From contig CAZMTU010000001.1 of the NCBI GenBank assembly GCA_964569225.1, positions 2,422 to 66,421 of the forward strand: DNA of 64,000 nucleotides, written 5' to 3'. Shown here piece after piece: positions 1-7,870 of this stretch (positions are counted from its first letter, which is position 1; every line of letters begins with the position of its first letter). Position numbers and translations under genes: made by a program. Origin of the DNA: an uncultured Lachnospiraceae bacterium (GTDB lineage Bacteria; Bacillota; Clostridia; Oscillospirales; CAG-272). The notes under the pieces are model-generated. The model did no database searches, was not told the origin of the DNA, and saw nothing but the letters and a program-made list of their open reading frames with translations.

Positions 1-115
1 TCTCCCATTTTGAGATAGCTTGCGCGGAAATATTCAATTGTTCGGCAAGTTCTTCTTGCGTAAGATTTTGTTCTTTTCGTAGACGCTTAATAATCTGTCC
101 CATATTTTCTTTCAT
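1..115 (-). CDS. XRE-family helix-turn-helix transcriptional regulator, N-terminal part (gene runs off the left edge)
   Basis: Reverse translation from the ATG at 115-113 gives MKENMGQIIKRLRKEQNLTQEELAEQLNISAQAISKWE, a classic Cro/C1 HTH signature. GGAGGG RBS (rc of 121-126) lies 5 nt upstream. Confidence 0.8.
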   Translation of the reverse strand, partial: MKENMGQIIKRLRKEQNLTQEELAEQLNISAQAISKWE

Positions 116-153
116 AGGAACCCTCCAAAACATTATTTCGGTACCGTGTACTT

Positions 154-162
154 ATTATAACA
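154..162 (-). promoter_or_regulatory. Extended -10 element (TGTTATAAT) for the XRE gene
   Basis: The reverse complement of 154-162 reads TGTTATAAT, about 40 nt upstream of the XRE start. No clear -35. Confidence 0.4.
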
Positions 163-404
163 GATTTTCGAGGGCTCGTGAAGATATTAAAAGGGAAGCT
201 TTTGTAAACCGGCAGTTGAATTTTGAGCTTTTCTGATAATCATACATAGATTTGTTTGCAAGCATGGTGTTACACCTCCGAAAGGTAGCGGAAGCATTCG
301 CCTCCGATCAATACCAAGAGATGCGTCTATCCATGCGTTCTAAGTCCCGGATTGGTTTTGATAAACCACTGATACGGGCTCTGTTTTGTACAGATCTGCC
401 AAAT

Positions 405-440
405 AAAACAACCGATTTTGATACAAAGTCGGTTGTTTTT
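405..440 (+). terminator. Rho-independent terminator-like hairpin
   Basis: AAAACAACCGA (405-415) pairs perfectly with TCGGTTGTTTT (429-439). A-run and T-run flanks make it look bidirectional. Confidence 0.6.
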
Positions 441-492
441 GACTAAAAAGTCCTTATTTCAAGGTTTTTCGATTTTTGGAGTTTGTGAAAAT

Positions 493-529
493 GACCGCTG
501 CGGAGGTTTTCCGCGGCGGTCGCTTTTTT
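493..529 (+). terminator. Rho-independent terminator
   Basis: GACCGCTGCGG (493-503) pairs with CCGCGGCGGTC (511-521) with one G.U, followed by GCTTTTTT. Confidence 0.65.
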
Positions 530-1248
530 GGTGCTTATCTGCTCCTTTCTGAACTGCATATGGTGTGATTATTGCGGCTTGGCGTGATTGTTGACTATCT
601 GTGTCTGACTGTTTTGATAATGGCGTCGACACCTTCGAAAGCCTTAATTGATGCCTTATTAAAAAGTAGCCGCATCTATACACAGACAGGACAGCGTATC
701 CATTCGGTTAGGGGGTTAATCTTATCAGGCATTTAATAAACGCCTTCGGCTTTTCTGTGTGGATTCCATGTTCGCGGTCAAAACGCACAACTTGAAAAAC
801 GGCAATCAATTCCGATACACTTTTCAAATCCTCCTTGCTAAGTGCGGCATTAATATCCCGTCCTCGCAAACATTCACTTTAGCTTTCATATAAATGTTTC
901 ATTTATAAATGCATCGATTTTCAACCGTTCCGTTTTTTGAGCCTGTGCGTCTATGCATTAATTTGGGCGGGCTTTGCTAAAAACGAAAAGCCAAGCGCAA
1001 GAGGGTTGGCTTTATAGGAAGTACCTTCTCCCTTCGGTTGGTGAGCAGCGTTCCGATACAGAATAATCAGTTCTGGGAGCGGGTTAGAATAATCCTACCG
1101 TTTTTTCTTGAACAGGGCATTTTGTTTTTTGTGATTTTGTGGTATAATTATTTTGATTTGAACCAAAACCGCAATTATTATCAATTATACATACGCAATT
1201 TGTAATATACTATTTGTGTAATTGCATACCGCAAACTGCCATGGAAAA

Positions 1249-1841
1249 ATGTTGACGATTGAAAAAAGCAATTGATTATATTAAAGAGGAGCTTAGAAAC
1301 AACATAAGTGTGAGGCGGGCTTCATCCGCGGCAGGATATTCCGAGTATCATTTTTGCGTATTTTCAAGCAATTGGGTGGTCTTGCTTCTGCCAACTACAT
1401 AAGAAAGCGCCTTAGCTTTCAGCTTGCCGAGCCATGGAGAATCAACGCGGCAAACGCCTGATTAGCGATATTGTATGTGAGTACGGCTTTAACTCAAAGA
1501 AAATTTTTACGCGCGCATTTAAAGCGGCGCATTAAATATTCCCAACTGAGTATCGCCGCTACAGCAACAGTCTTAAACTGTATGCCCGCTTTGGGCTTGT
1601 TCCTGCTCGCTATGAGTTAGAATGCCACATAGTCGAGCTTAATCCGTTCCGCATCGTCGCGGATCCGAGCAATGAGGAAAATCCGACGAATTTCTGAAGC
1701 AGGTATAATACCAAGGGATTATCGAAGCGCTTATCCGGCGGTCGCAACGTTATCGATTACAGCGTTTGCCGCTGAAATGCTGTGTCCATACGCTTCGACT
1801 ACTGAATTGGTGCTTCCGAGCATTTCCGCTTGACCTTATAA
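1249..1841 (+). pseudogene. AraC-family regulator with GyrI-like effector domain, disrupted
   Basis: Pieces in three frames read IEKAIDYIKEELRNNISVRRASSAAGYSEYHFC / RIFKQLGGLASANYIRKR / EYGFNSKKIFTRAFKAAH(stop)IFPTEYRR / YELECHIVELNPFRIV. There are at least 3 frameshifts (one in an A6 run) and one in-frame TAA. No ORF of 60 aa or more in the track covers 700-1970. Confidence 0.7.
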
Positions 1842-1937
1842 ATCTGATTCTTTTGCGGCACAATAAAAGCGCGTGAAGCACAAGCGAACACAGAAGGCGC
1901 TTTTACTGAACATCAATTTTGCCGGCTTGCGCCGTCA

Positions 1938-1959
1938 TTTTTCTGACCTGTCAGAAAAA
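1938..1959. promoter_or_regulatory. Perfect 22-nt palindrome (candidate operator) upstream of the Y-family polymerase gene
   Basis: TTTTTCTGAC-CT-GTCAGAAAAA. The 2-nt centre argues for a protein-binding site rather than an RNA hairpin. It lies 60 nt upstream of the ATG at 2019. Confidence 0.4.
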
Positions 1960-2018
1960 ACGATCTATTTTCAATGCATCGCGCCGCATTCGGCTGTAAA
2001 GAGGAGGAGAATCGAGAC

Positions 2019-3542
2019 ATGAAAAACAGAACCTACATCGCTATTGATCTGAAATCGTTTTATGCTTCGGTGGAATGCGTAGAGCGGGGACTTGATCCCA
2101 TGACAACGAATCTGGTAGTCGCCGATGAGGAACGCACTCAAAAAACCATTTGTCTTGCTGTTTCCCCCTCTCTGAAAAGCTATGGTATTTCGGGAAGAGC
2201 AAGACTGTTTGAGGTCGTTCAGAAAGTGAAAGAAGCAAATACCCAAAGACGGCAAAGCGCGCCGGGACATCAATTCATCGGTGAATCATACAATGACACT
2301 GCGCTGAAATCCAATCCCGCACTGTCCGTCGGGTATATTGTGGCGCCGCCTCGTATGGCGTACTATATGGAATACAGCACGAGGATCTACCATATCTACC
2401 TGCGGTATGTTGCGCCCGAAGATATTCATGTATATTCCATAGATGAAGTGTTTATGGATGTTACATCGTATCTGAATCATTATAGCCTTTCCCCTTACGA
2501 TCTGGCAATGAAAATCATACGGGAGGTTCTGAAGGAAACCGGTATAACCGCCACCGCCGGAATCGGCACCAATCTCTATCTTTGTAAAATTGCCATGGAT
2601 ATTGTTGCAAAACACATCCCAGCCGACAGGGACGGCGTTCGTATTGCGGAATTGGATGAGCTAAGCTATCGGGAACAGCTTTGGACGCACCGTCCCCTTA
2701 CAGATTTCTGGCGAGTTGGGGAAGGCTATGCCAAAAAACTGGAAGCCAACGGTCTTTTCACAATGGGAGATATAGCCCGCTGCTCTCTCGGTAAAGCGTC
2801 CGATCCCTGTAATGAGGACTTGCTCTACAAATTATTCGGAATCAACGCCGAATTGCTGATCGATCACGCATGGGGATGGGAGCCCTGTACGATCAAGGAT
2901 ATCAAAGCATATAAACCCGCCTCTAACAGTTTAGGCTCCGGTCAGGTGCTCCAATCTCCCTATACCTTTGAAAAGGCAAAGCTGATCGTAAGGGAAATGA
3001 CGGATTTACTGGTTCTCAGTTTAGTGGATAAGGGGCTGGTTACCGATCAGATGGTTCTTACGGTCGGCTATGATACAGAAAGCCTGACAGATCCTGACAT
3101 CTGCAGACAGTATGACGGGGCGGTAACCAAAGACCGTTACGGGCGCGCGGTTCCAAAGTCGGTACACGGCTCCGCCAATTTTGAAAGACCGACCTCCTCC
3201 ACTAAGCTTGTCACCAATGCGATTATGGAACTGTATGACCGTATTGTGGACAAGCGCCTTCTGGTGCGGCGAATCGGTATCACAGCGAACCGCGTGGTTG
3301 AGGAAAGCAGCGTTAAAACGCGGTTTGCTTTTGAGCAGCTCGATCTTTTTACCGATTACGCAGCAGAGCAGGCAAAGCAAGCGGCAGAAAACGCGGAGCT
3401 TGAACGGGAAAAAAGAGTACAGAAAACTGTACTGAAGCTCAAGAAAAAATTCGGCAGAAACGCCATCCTGAAGGGTATGGATCTTGAGGAGGGCGCCACT
3501 ACTAAGGACAGAAACAATCAGATAGGCGGGCATAAAGCGTAA
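2019..3542 (+). CDS. Y-family (DinB/UmuC/UvrX-like) translesion DNA polymerase
   Basis: N-terminus MKNRTYIAIDLKSFYASVECVERGLDP and SIDEVFMDVT motifs. AGGAGGAG RBS before the ATG at 2019, an internal Met of track ORF 1974-3542. Confidence 0.9.
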   Translation: MKNRTYIAIDLKSFYASVECVERGLDPMTTNLVVADEERTQKTICLAVSPSLKSYGISGRARLFEVVQKVKEANTQRRQSAPGHQFIGESYNDTALKSNPALSVGYIVAPPRMAYYMEYSTRIYHIYLRYVAPEDIHVYSIDEVFMDVTSYLNHYSLSPYDLAMKIIREVLKETGITATAGIGTNLYLCKIAMDIVAKHIPADRDGVRIAELDELSYREQLWTHRPLTDFWRVGEGYAKKLEANGLFTMGDIARCSLGKASDPCNEDLLYKLFGINAELLIDHAWGWEPCTIKDIKAYKPASNSLGSGQVLQSPYTFEKAKLIVREMTDLLVLSLVDKGLVTDQMVLTVGYDTESLTDPDICRQYDGAVTKDRYGRAVPKSVHGSANFERPTSSTKLVTNAIMELYDRIVDKRLLVRRIGITANRVVEESSVKTRFAFEQLDLFTDYAAEQAKQAAENAELEREKRVQKTVLKLKKKFGRNAILKGMDLEEGATTKDRNNQIGGHKA

Positions 3543-3581
3543 AATCCTGCCGCGAAGTTAAATCGGCAGAAAGGAGGCTAA

Positions 3582-4025
3582 ATGATGAAATATAAACAGC
3601 AAAACGCTTATCCCTATGATGATATCATCAATCTTCCCCATCATGTATCCTCTACCCATCCGCAGATGCCGTTGTATGACCGTGCCGCGCAATTCTCCCC
3701 CTTCGCGGCGCTGACCGGCTACGATGCCGTTATAAAAGAAACGGAAAGACACACCGCGCAAAGGATAACGCTTAACGAGGACGCCATCGCGGAATTGGAC
3801 ATGAAGCTGCGAATGATAGCCGATTGGGCTGACAGTCCTCCGGAAGTGGCGGTCACTTATTTTTTGCCGGACGTCAGAAAACAAGGCGGCGCTTATGTTA
3901 CAGCGACCGGTACAGTCCGGAAAGTCGATGAATCAGAGCAAGTCATTTATATGGCGGACGGAACCAAGATTCCTCTGAATGATCTTATCGGAATTGACAG
4001 TCAAATATTTAACACCATATTTTAA
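3582..4025 (+). CDS. YolD-like protein (usual partner of UvrX/UmuC-type polymerases)
   Basis: 147 aa, located 40 nt after the polymerase. Contains ...PHHVSSTHPQMPLYDRAAQFSPFAALTGYD..., typical of the YolD-like family. AAAGGAGG RBS. Confidence 0.75.
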   Translation: MMKYKQQNAYPYDDIINLPHHVSSTHPQMPLYDRAAQFSPFAALTGYDAVIKETERHTAQRITLNEDAIAELDMKLRMIADWADSPPEVAVTYFLPDVRKQGGAYVTATGTVRKVDESEQVIYMADGTKIPLNDLIGIDSQIFNTIF

Positions 4026-4339
4026 CACGGACCTGTATAAAGCGTTGTTCTTGCGAAGCCAACGCATATAAAAGGGCGGCAGGCTTCCCCGCAAGGAAGA
4101 TCTGTCGCCCTATCGTTTCAGTTTACTCAGGGAGGAAATCCGTCATGATGGCTGTGGTCTGTAATAATAGGTTACAGCTGCGGGTTTCATATGACAACAC
4201 CAAAATAATTTGAGAAAAATATGGGAAATAACGACTGAGAGAAAAAACGCATGTTAATTTAAGCCGCTTAAGTAGGGCTTTTTTGGATTTTGATGATCAT
4301 AAGGTACCGTAAGAAAATCGAAAACTGTAGCATAGATAT

Positions 4340-4369
4340 ATTGACAAACGCGCACCCCGTATGCTATAA
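4340..4369 (+). promoter_or_regulatory. Sigma-A promoter: TTGACA, 18-nt spacer, TGcTATAAT
   Basis: TTGACA at 4340-4345 and extended -10 TGCTATAAT at 4361-4369, upstream of the 4.4-12.2 kb operon. Confidence 0.65.
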
Positions 4370-4379
4370 TATGGTTTGT

Positions 4380-4397
4380 AAGTTAGTTAAAACTAAC
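4380..4397. promoter_or_regulatory. Palindromic operator AGTTAG-N6-CTAACT (site 1)
   Basis: AGTTAGTTAAAACTAACT sits about +4 to +21 relative to the predicted start. The same half-sites recur at 12252-12269 and 12310-12327. Confidence 0.5.
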
Positions 4398-4470
4398 TAT
4401 CGAAAAAGCATGTATAGTAAGCGAGCCGAGCATGGCATACTATCTTCTGCTTGGGAAAGGAATTTTCGGA

Positions 4471-5136
4471 ATGGACGAACAGGAACAAAAAGTACAGTCA
4501 TATGAAGCGCAGGCGGAAATTACCCGTAAAGGAAATCCCAGAAAGCCGCAAGGCGAGGAAGGCAGGCAGATGCTGCGCCGCATGAACGAAAGCCATTCCG
4601 CGGTAACAGAATGGGCACTTAGCTTCCTTCATTTTAATGAAAGCGATTGGGTCCTTGAAATCGGCTGCGGAGGCGGCGCGACGCTTACGCGAATAGCCAA
4701 GCAGATTCAAACGGGCCATCTGATCGGCGTTGATTATTCAGAGATTTCTGTCGAACTGTCGCAAAAGCAGAACGCAGATGATATCCGGAACGGAAAAATA
4801 GAAATTTTGGAAGCATCGGTGGAAAAACTGCCGTTTGAGAACAAGATATTCGATAAAATCGTCACTGTAGAGAGCTTTTACTTCTGGCCCGATCCCATTG
4901 AAAATCTGAAAGAGGTCTATCGGGTACTGAAAACGGGCGGCGAGTTTCTGCTGGTCGCGGATATCTATCAGAAAGACGGTCTGAGAAAGGAAGCACTGGA
5001 AGCCATTAAACAGTATCAATTACTGAATCCAACACCGGATCAGTTTAAAACCATGTTTGAACGGGCGGGCTTTTCGAATATACAGTTAAAAACTAAACAG
5101 GGAACCGACTGGATATGCGTAAAAGGCAGCGGATAA
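4471..5136 (+). CDS. Class I SAM-dependent methyltransferase
   Basis: Motif I VLEIGCGGGA and the Methyltransf_11-like pattern DKIVTVESFYFWPD...VLKTGGEFLL. Start taken at an internal Met with an AAGGA RBS. Confidence 0.85.
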   Translation: MDEQEQKVQSYEAQAEITRKGNPRKPQGEEGRQMLRRMNESHSAVTEWALSFLHFNESDWVLEIGCGGGATLTRIAKQIQTGHLIGVDYSEISVELSQKQNADDIRNGKIEILEASVEKLPFENKIFDKIVTVESFYFWPDPIENLKEVYRVLKTGGEFLLVADIYQKDGLRKEALEAIKQYQLLNPTPDQFKTMFERAGFSNIQLKTKQGTDWICVKGSG

Positions 5137-5157
5137 TAATTCAAGGAGGGGATTATA

Positions 5158-5946
5158 ATGTCGGCGGGGTTAGAAATATTCAGAGGAATATTGATTCCTT
5201 TTATCGGAACCACATTAGGATCCGCTTGTGTATTTTTTATGAAAAAATCTCTGAATTCTGCCGTTCAGAGAGTGCTCACCGGCTTTGCGGCGGGCGTTAT
5301 GGTAGCGGCTTCGGTTTGGAGTCTGCTGATTCCGGCAATGGAGCAGGCCGCCTCAATGGAAAAATGGTCGTTTCTGCCGGCGGTTGCGGGCTTTTGGCTG
5401 GGTATTTTCTTTTTGCTGCTGCTGGATCGTCTGGTTCCGCACCTGCATCAGGGCAGTGAGGAACCGGAAGGCCCTCATGTAAAGCTGAAAAGAACGACTA
5501 TGCTGGTGCTTGCCGTTACACTTCACAATATTCCGGAAGGGATGGCGGTGGGCGTGTTGTTCGCGGGCTGGCTGGCAGGCAGCGGAACGGTTACAATGGC
5601 AGGCGCTTTAACTCTGTCAATCGGTATCGCTATTCAGAATTTTCCGGAGGGTGCGATCATCTCAATGCCGCTTCGAGCGGAGGGTGTGAAAAAAAGCAAG
5701 GCATTTTTATACGGAACCCTGTCCGGTATAGTGGAACCGCTGGCGGCGGCGCTCACCGTATCAGCTTCCCGATTTATTGTGCCGGTCCTGCCCTACCTGC
5801 TGAGCTTTGCCGCGGGCGCCATGGTGTATGTGGTAGTGGAGGAATTGATACCGGAAATGTCCGCGGGACGTCACTCCAATTTAGGGACGGTTTCATTTGC
5901 CTTGGGATTTACGGTTATGTTGGCGTTGGATGTGGCGTTGGGGTAA
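5158..5946 (+). CDS. ZIP-family divalent metal transporter (ZupT-like)
   Basis: HNIPEGMAVG and QNFPEGAI signatures, 8 predicted TM segments, AGGAGG RBS. Confidence 0.9.
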   Translation: MSAGLEIFRGILIPFIGTTLGSACVFFMKKSLNSAVQRVLTGFAAGVMVAASVWSLLIPAMEQAASMEKWSFLPAVAGFWLGIFFLLLLDRLVPHLHQGSEEPEGPHVKLKRTTMLVLAVTLHNIPEGMAVGVLFAGWLAGSGTVTMAGALTLSIGIAIQNFPEGAIISMPLRAEGVKKSKAFLYGTLSGIVEPLAAALTVSASRFIVPVLPYLLSFAAGAMVYVVVEELIPEMSAGRHSNLGTVSFALGFTVMLALDVALG

Positions 5947-6218
5947 AAGAAGCGATTTGTGAAGTGCTGTTATTTACGCTCAATCGGAATAGAAAGCAAT
6001 TTTCTTTGCTTTGCGAAAAATATGCCGCTCAGCGTATTTCCGGAAAGAAAGCTCAACGGCTGCACCTGCCCTCGCCCCAAACAGGCACTTGCACTTCCCT
6101 GCGGCGCGTTTTCTGCTCACTATTCTTGACGGCGCATAATGGCGGTACCATACCGCTTTAACATTGAAGTATCCGCCCGGTTTGCCAAATCCGGCTATGC
6201 ATAAGAGGAGATAAGAGA

Positions 6219-7001
6219 ATGAAATTTTACACATTCGGAGATTCCGAGAAACCGACTATTTTGCTGCTTCCGGGCACCTGTTGTCACTGGAAAGCGAATT
6301 TTAAATCGGTAATCCCACTGTTGGAGAAGGATTTCAATACTGTATGCGTTTCCTATGACGGATTTGACGAAACAGAAGAAAGTATTTTTCCGAACATGAT
6401 CAAAGAAACAGAGCAGATCGAAGCATACATAAGAGAAAAGTTTGAGGGAAGAATTTACGCCGCCTACGGCTGCTCTATGGGGGGCTCTTTTGTAGGATTG
6501 CTTATTCAGAGAAGAAGGATTCATATTGAACATGGGATTTTGGGAAGCTCGGACTTGGATCAGGAAAAGGGGCTGTCCGCAAAGCTGAAAGCAAATATTG
6601 TCAGTAAACTGCTGTATGGTATTTTGCAAAAAGGTCAATTGCCCAAATGGATGCAAAAAAGAGTAAATAAAAAGAATCCTGAAGCGCAAGCGTTTTATCG
6701 GAAAATGCTGGAGATGTTCGGAGTAGGAAACGATGGGATGACCTTTGTAAATAGGCAAAGCATCTACAATCAATTCTACTATGATTTGGTAACACCGCTT
6801 CAAAATAATATCTTTGTACCCGGCACATCGGTACATTGCTTTTACGCGGCTAAAATGGGAGAAAAGTATCTTACACGGTACCGACAGCATTTTAAAAATC
6901 CGGATATTCGCCGTTATGATCTGCAGCACGAGGAGCTGTTGGTTTGCCGTCCTGAACAGTGGATAGAGGAAATTAAACGCTGCTGCGACATTCCGCTATA
7001 A
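6219..7001 (+). CDS. Alpha/beta-fold hydrolase
   Basis: N-terminal LLLPG oxyanion-type strand and nucleophile elbow GCSMGG. GAGGAG RBS. Confidence 0.75.
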   Translation: MKFYTFGDSEKPTILLLPGTCCHWKANFKSVIPLLEKDFNTVCVSYDGFDETEESIFPNMIKETEQIEAYIREKFEGRIYAAYGCSMGGSFVGLLIQRRRIHIEHGILGSSDLDQEKGLSAKLKANIVSKLLYGILQKGQLPKWMQKRVNKKNPEAQAFYRKMLEMFGVGNDGMTFVNRQSIYNQFYYDLVTPLQNNIFVPGTSVHCFYAAKMGEKYLTRYRQHFKNPDIRRYDLQHEELLVCRPEQWIEEIKRCCDIPL

Positions 7002-7063
7002 GAAAATTTACAGGAAAAGCCATTAATATGCAAGGTAAAACTATGTAAGGAGAAATTTGCTTT

Positions 7064-7762
7064 ATGTTTATCAGTCTAAAAGATGCTGTAAAAAAATACG
7101 GAAGCGGCGAAACCGCAGTCTATGCCCTTGATCACGCCTCTCTTGAACTGGAAGAAGGTAAAATATGCGTTATTCTCGGTCCCTCCGGCTCAGGAAAAAG
7201 CACGCTTTTAAATATGCTGGGCGGTCTGGATACGCTGGACAGCGGGGAACTGACCGTAGCCGGAAGAAAGGTGACCGGACTTTCAAAGGAGCAGCGTACC
7301 GATTACAGAAAAGAGGACGTCGGCTTTGTTTTTCAGTTCTACAATCTGATTCCCGATTTGACGGTAGAGGAAAATATAGAGGTAGTATCCGATATTTCTG
7401 CCCATTCGCTTGACATGGAGGAGGTACTTGAGGCGCTGGATATCGCAAAATACCGCCGGCGCTTTCCGAGAGAGCTTTCCGGCGGTCAGCAGCAGCGGGT
7501 AGCGATCGCCCGCGCTATGATCAAAAATCCAAAGCTGCTGCTCTGCGACGAGCTGACCGGCGCGCTGGATACCAAGTCCTCCCGCAGCGTACTGAAATTT
7601 GTAGAAAAAATGAACCGTCAGTTTGGTACTACGGTAGCAATCATTACCCATAATGAAGCCATTGCAGGCATGGCGGACCAGGTCGTCCGACTGAAGGACG
7701 GTCGGATTTTTGAAAACCGTCTGAACGGGCAGAAGTGTTCAGCCGCAGAGCTGGTCCTGTAG
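7064..7762 (+). CDS. ABC transporter ATP-binding protein (MacB/LolD/FtsE-like)
   Basis: Walker A GPSGSGKST, signature LSGGQQQR, Walker B LLLCDE. Confidence 0.9.
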   Translation: MFISLKDAVKKYGSGETAVYALDHASLELEEGKICVILGPSGSGKSTLLNMLGGLDTLDSGELTVAGRKVTGLSKEQRTDYRKEDVGFVFQFYNLIPDLTVEENIEVVSDISAHSLDMEEVLEALDIAKYRRRFPRELSGGQQQRVAIARAMIKNPKLLLCDELTGALDTKSSRSVLKFVEKMNRQFGTTVAIITHNEAIAGMADQVVRLKDGRIFENRLNGQKCSAAELVL

Positions 7763-7870
7763 AAATGCGTTTAAAGGCTGCTCCTTCAAACGACATATGC
7801 CCTGACGGTCAAGCGCCGTCATTTCGGCAAGCCGAATTGGTGACTCGGCAGAAAGGGATGATTAATTTAT

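Noticed and set aside
252-446. 64-aa ORF
   Set aside because: It has no RBS, runs straight into a terminator hairpin, and has no recognisable motif. I treat it as part of a possible non-coding locus.
1860-2018. Looked for a LexA/Cheo box (GAAC-N4-GTTC) upstream of the Y-family polymerase
   Set aside because: No match seen. Only the unrelated 22-nt palindrome is reported.
5947-6218. ORFs 5964-6161 (plus) and 5980-6234 (minus) in the ZIP-hydrolase spacer
   Set aside because: They have no RBS and an Arg/Ser/Cys-rich, low-complexity composition. The spacer more likely holds a weak hairpin and an internal promoter.
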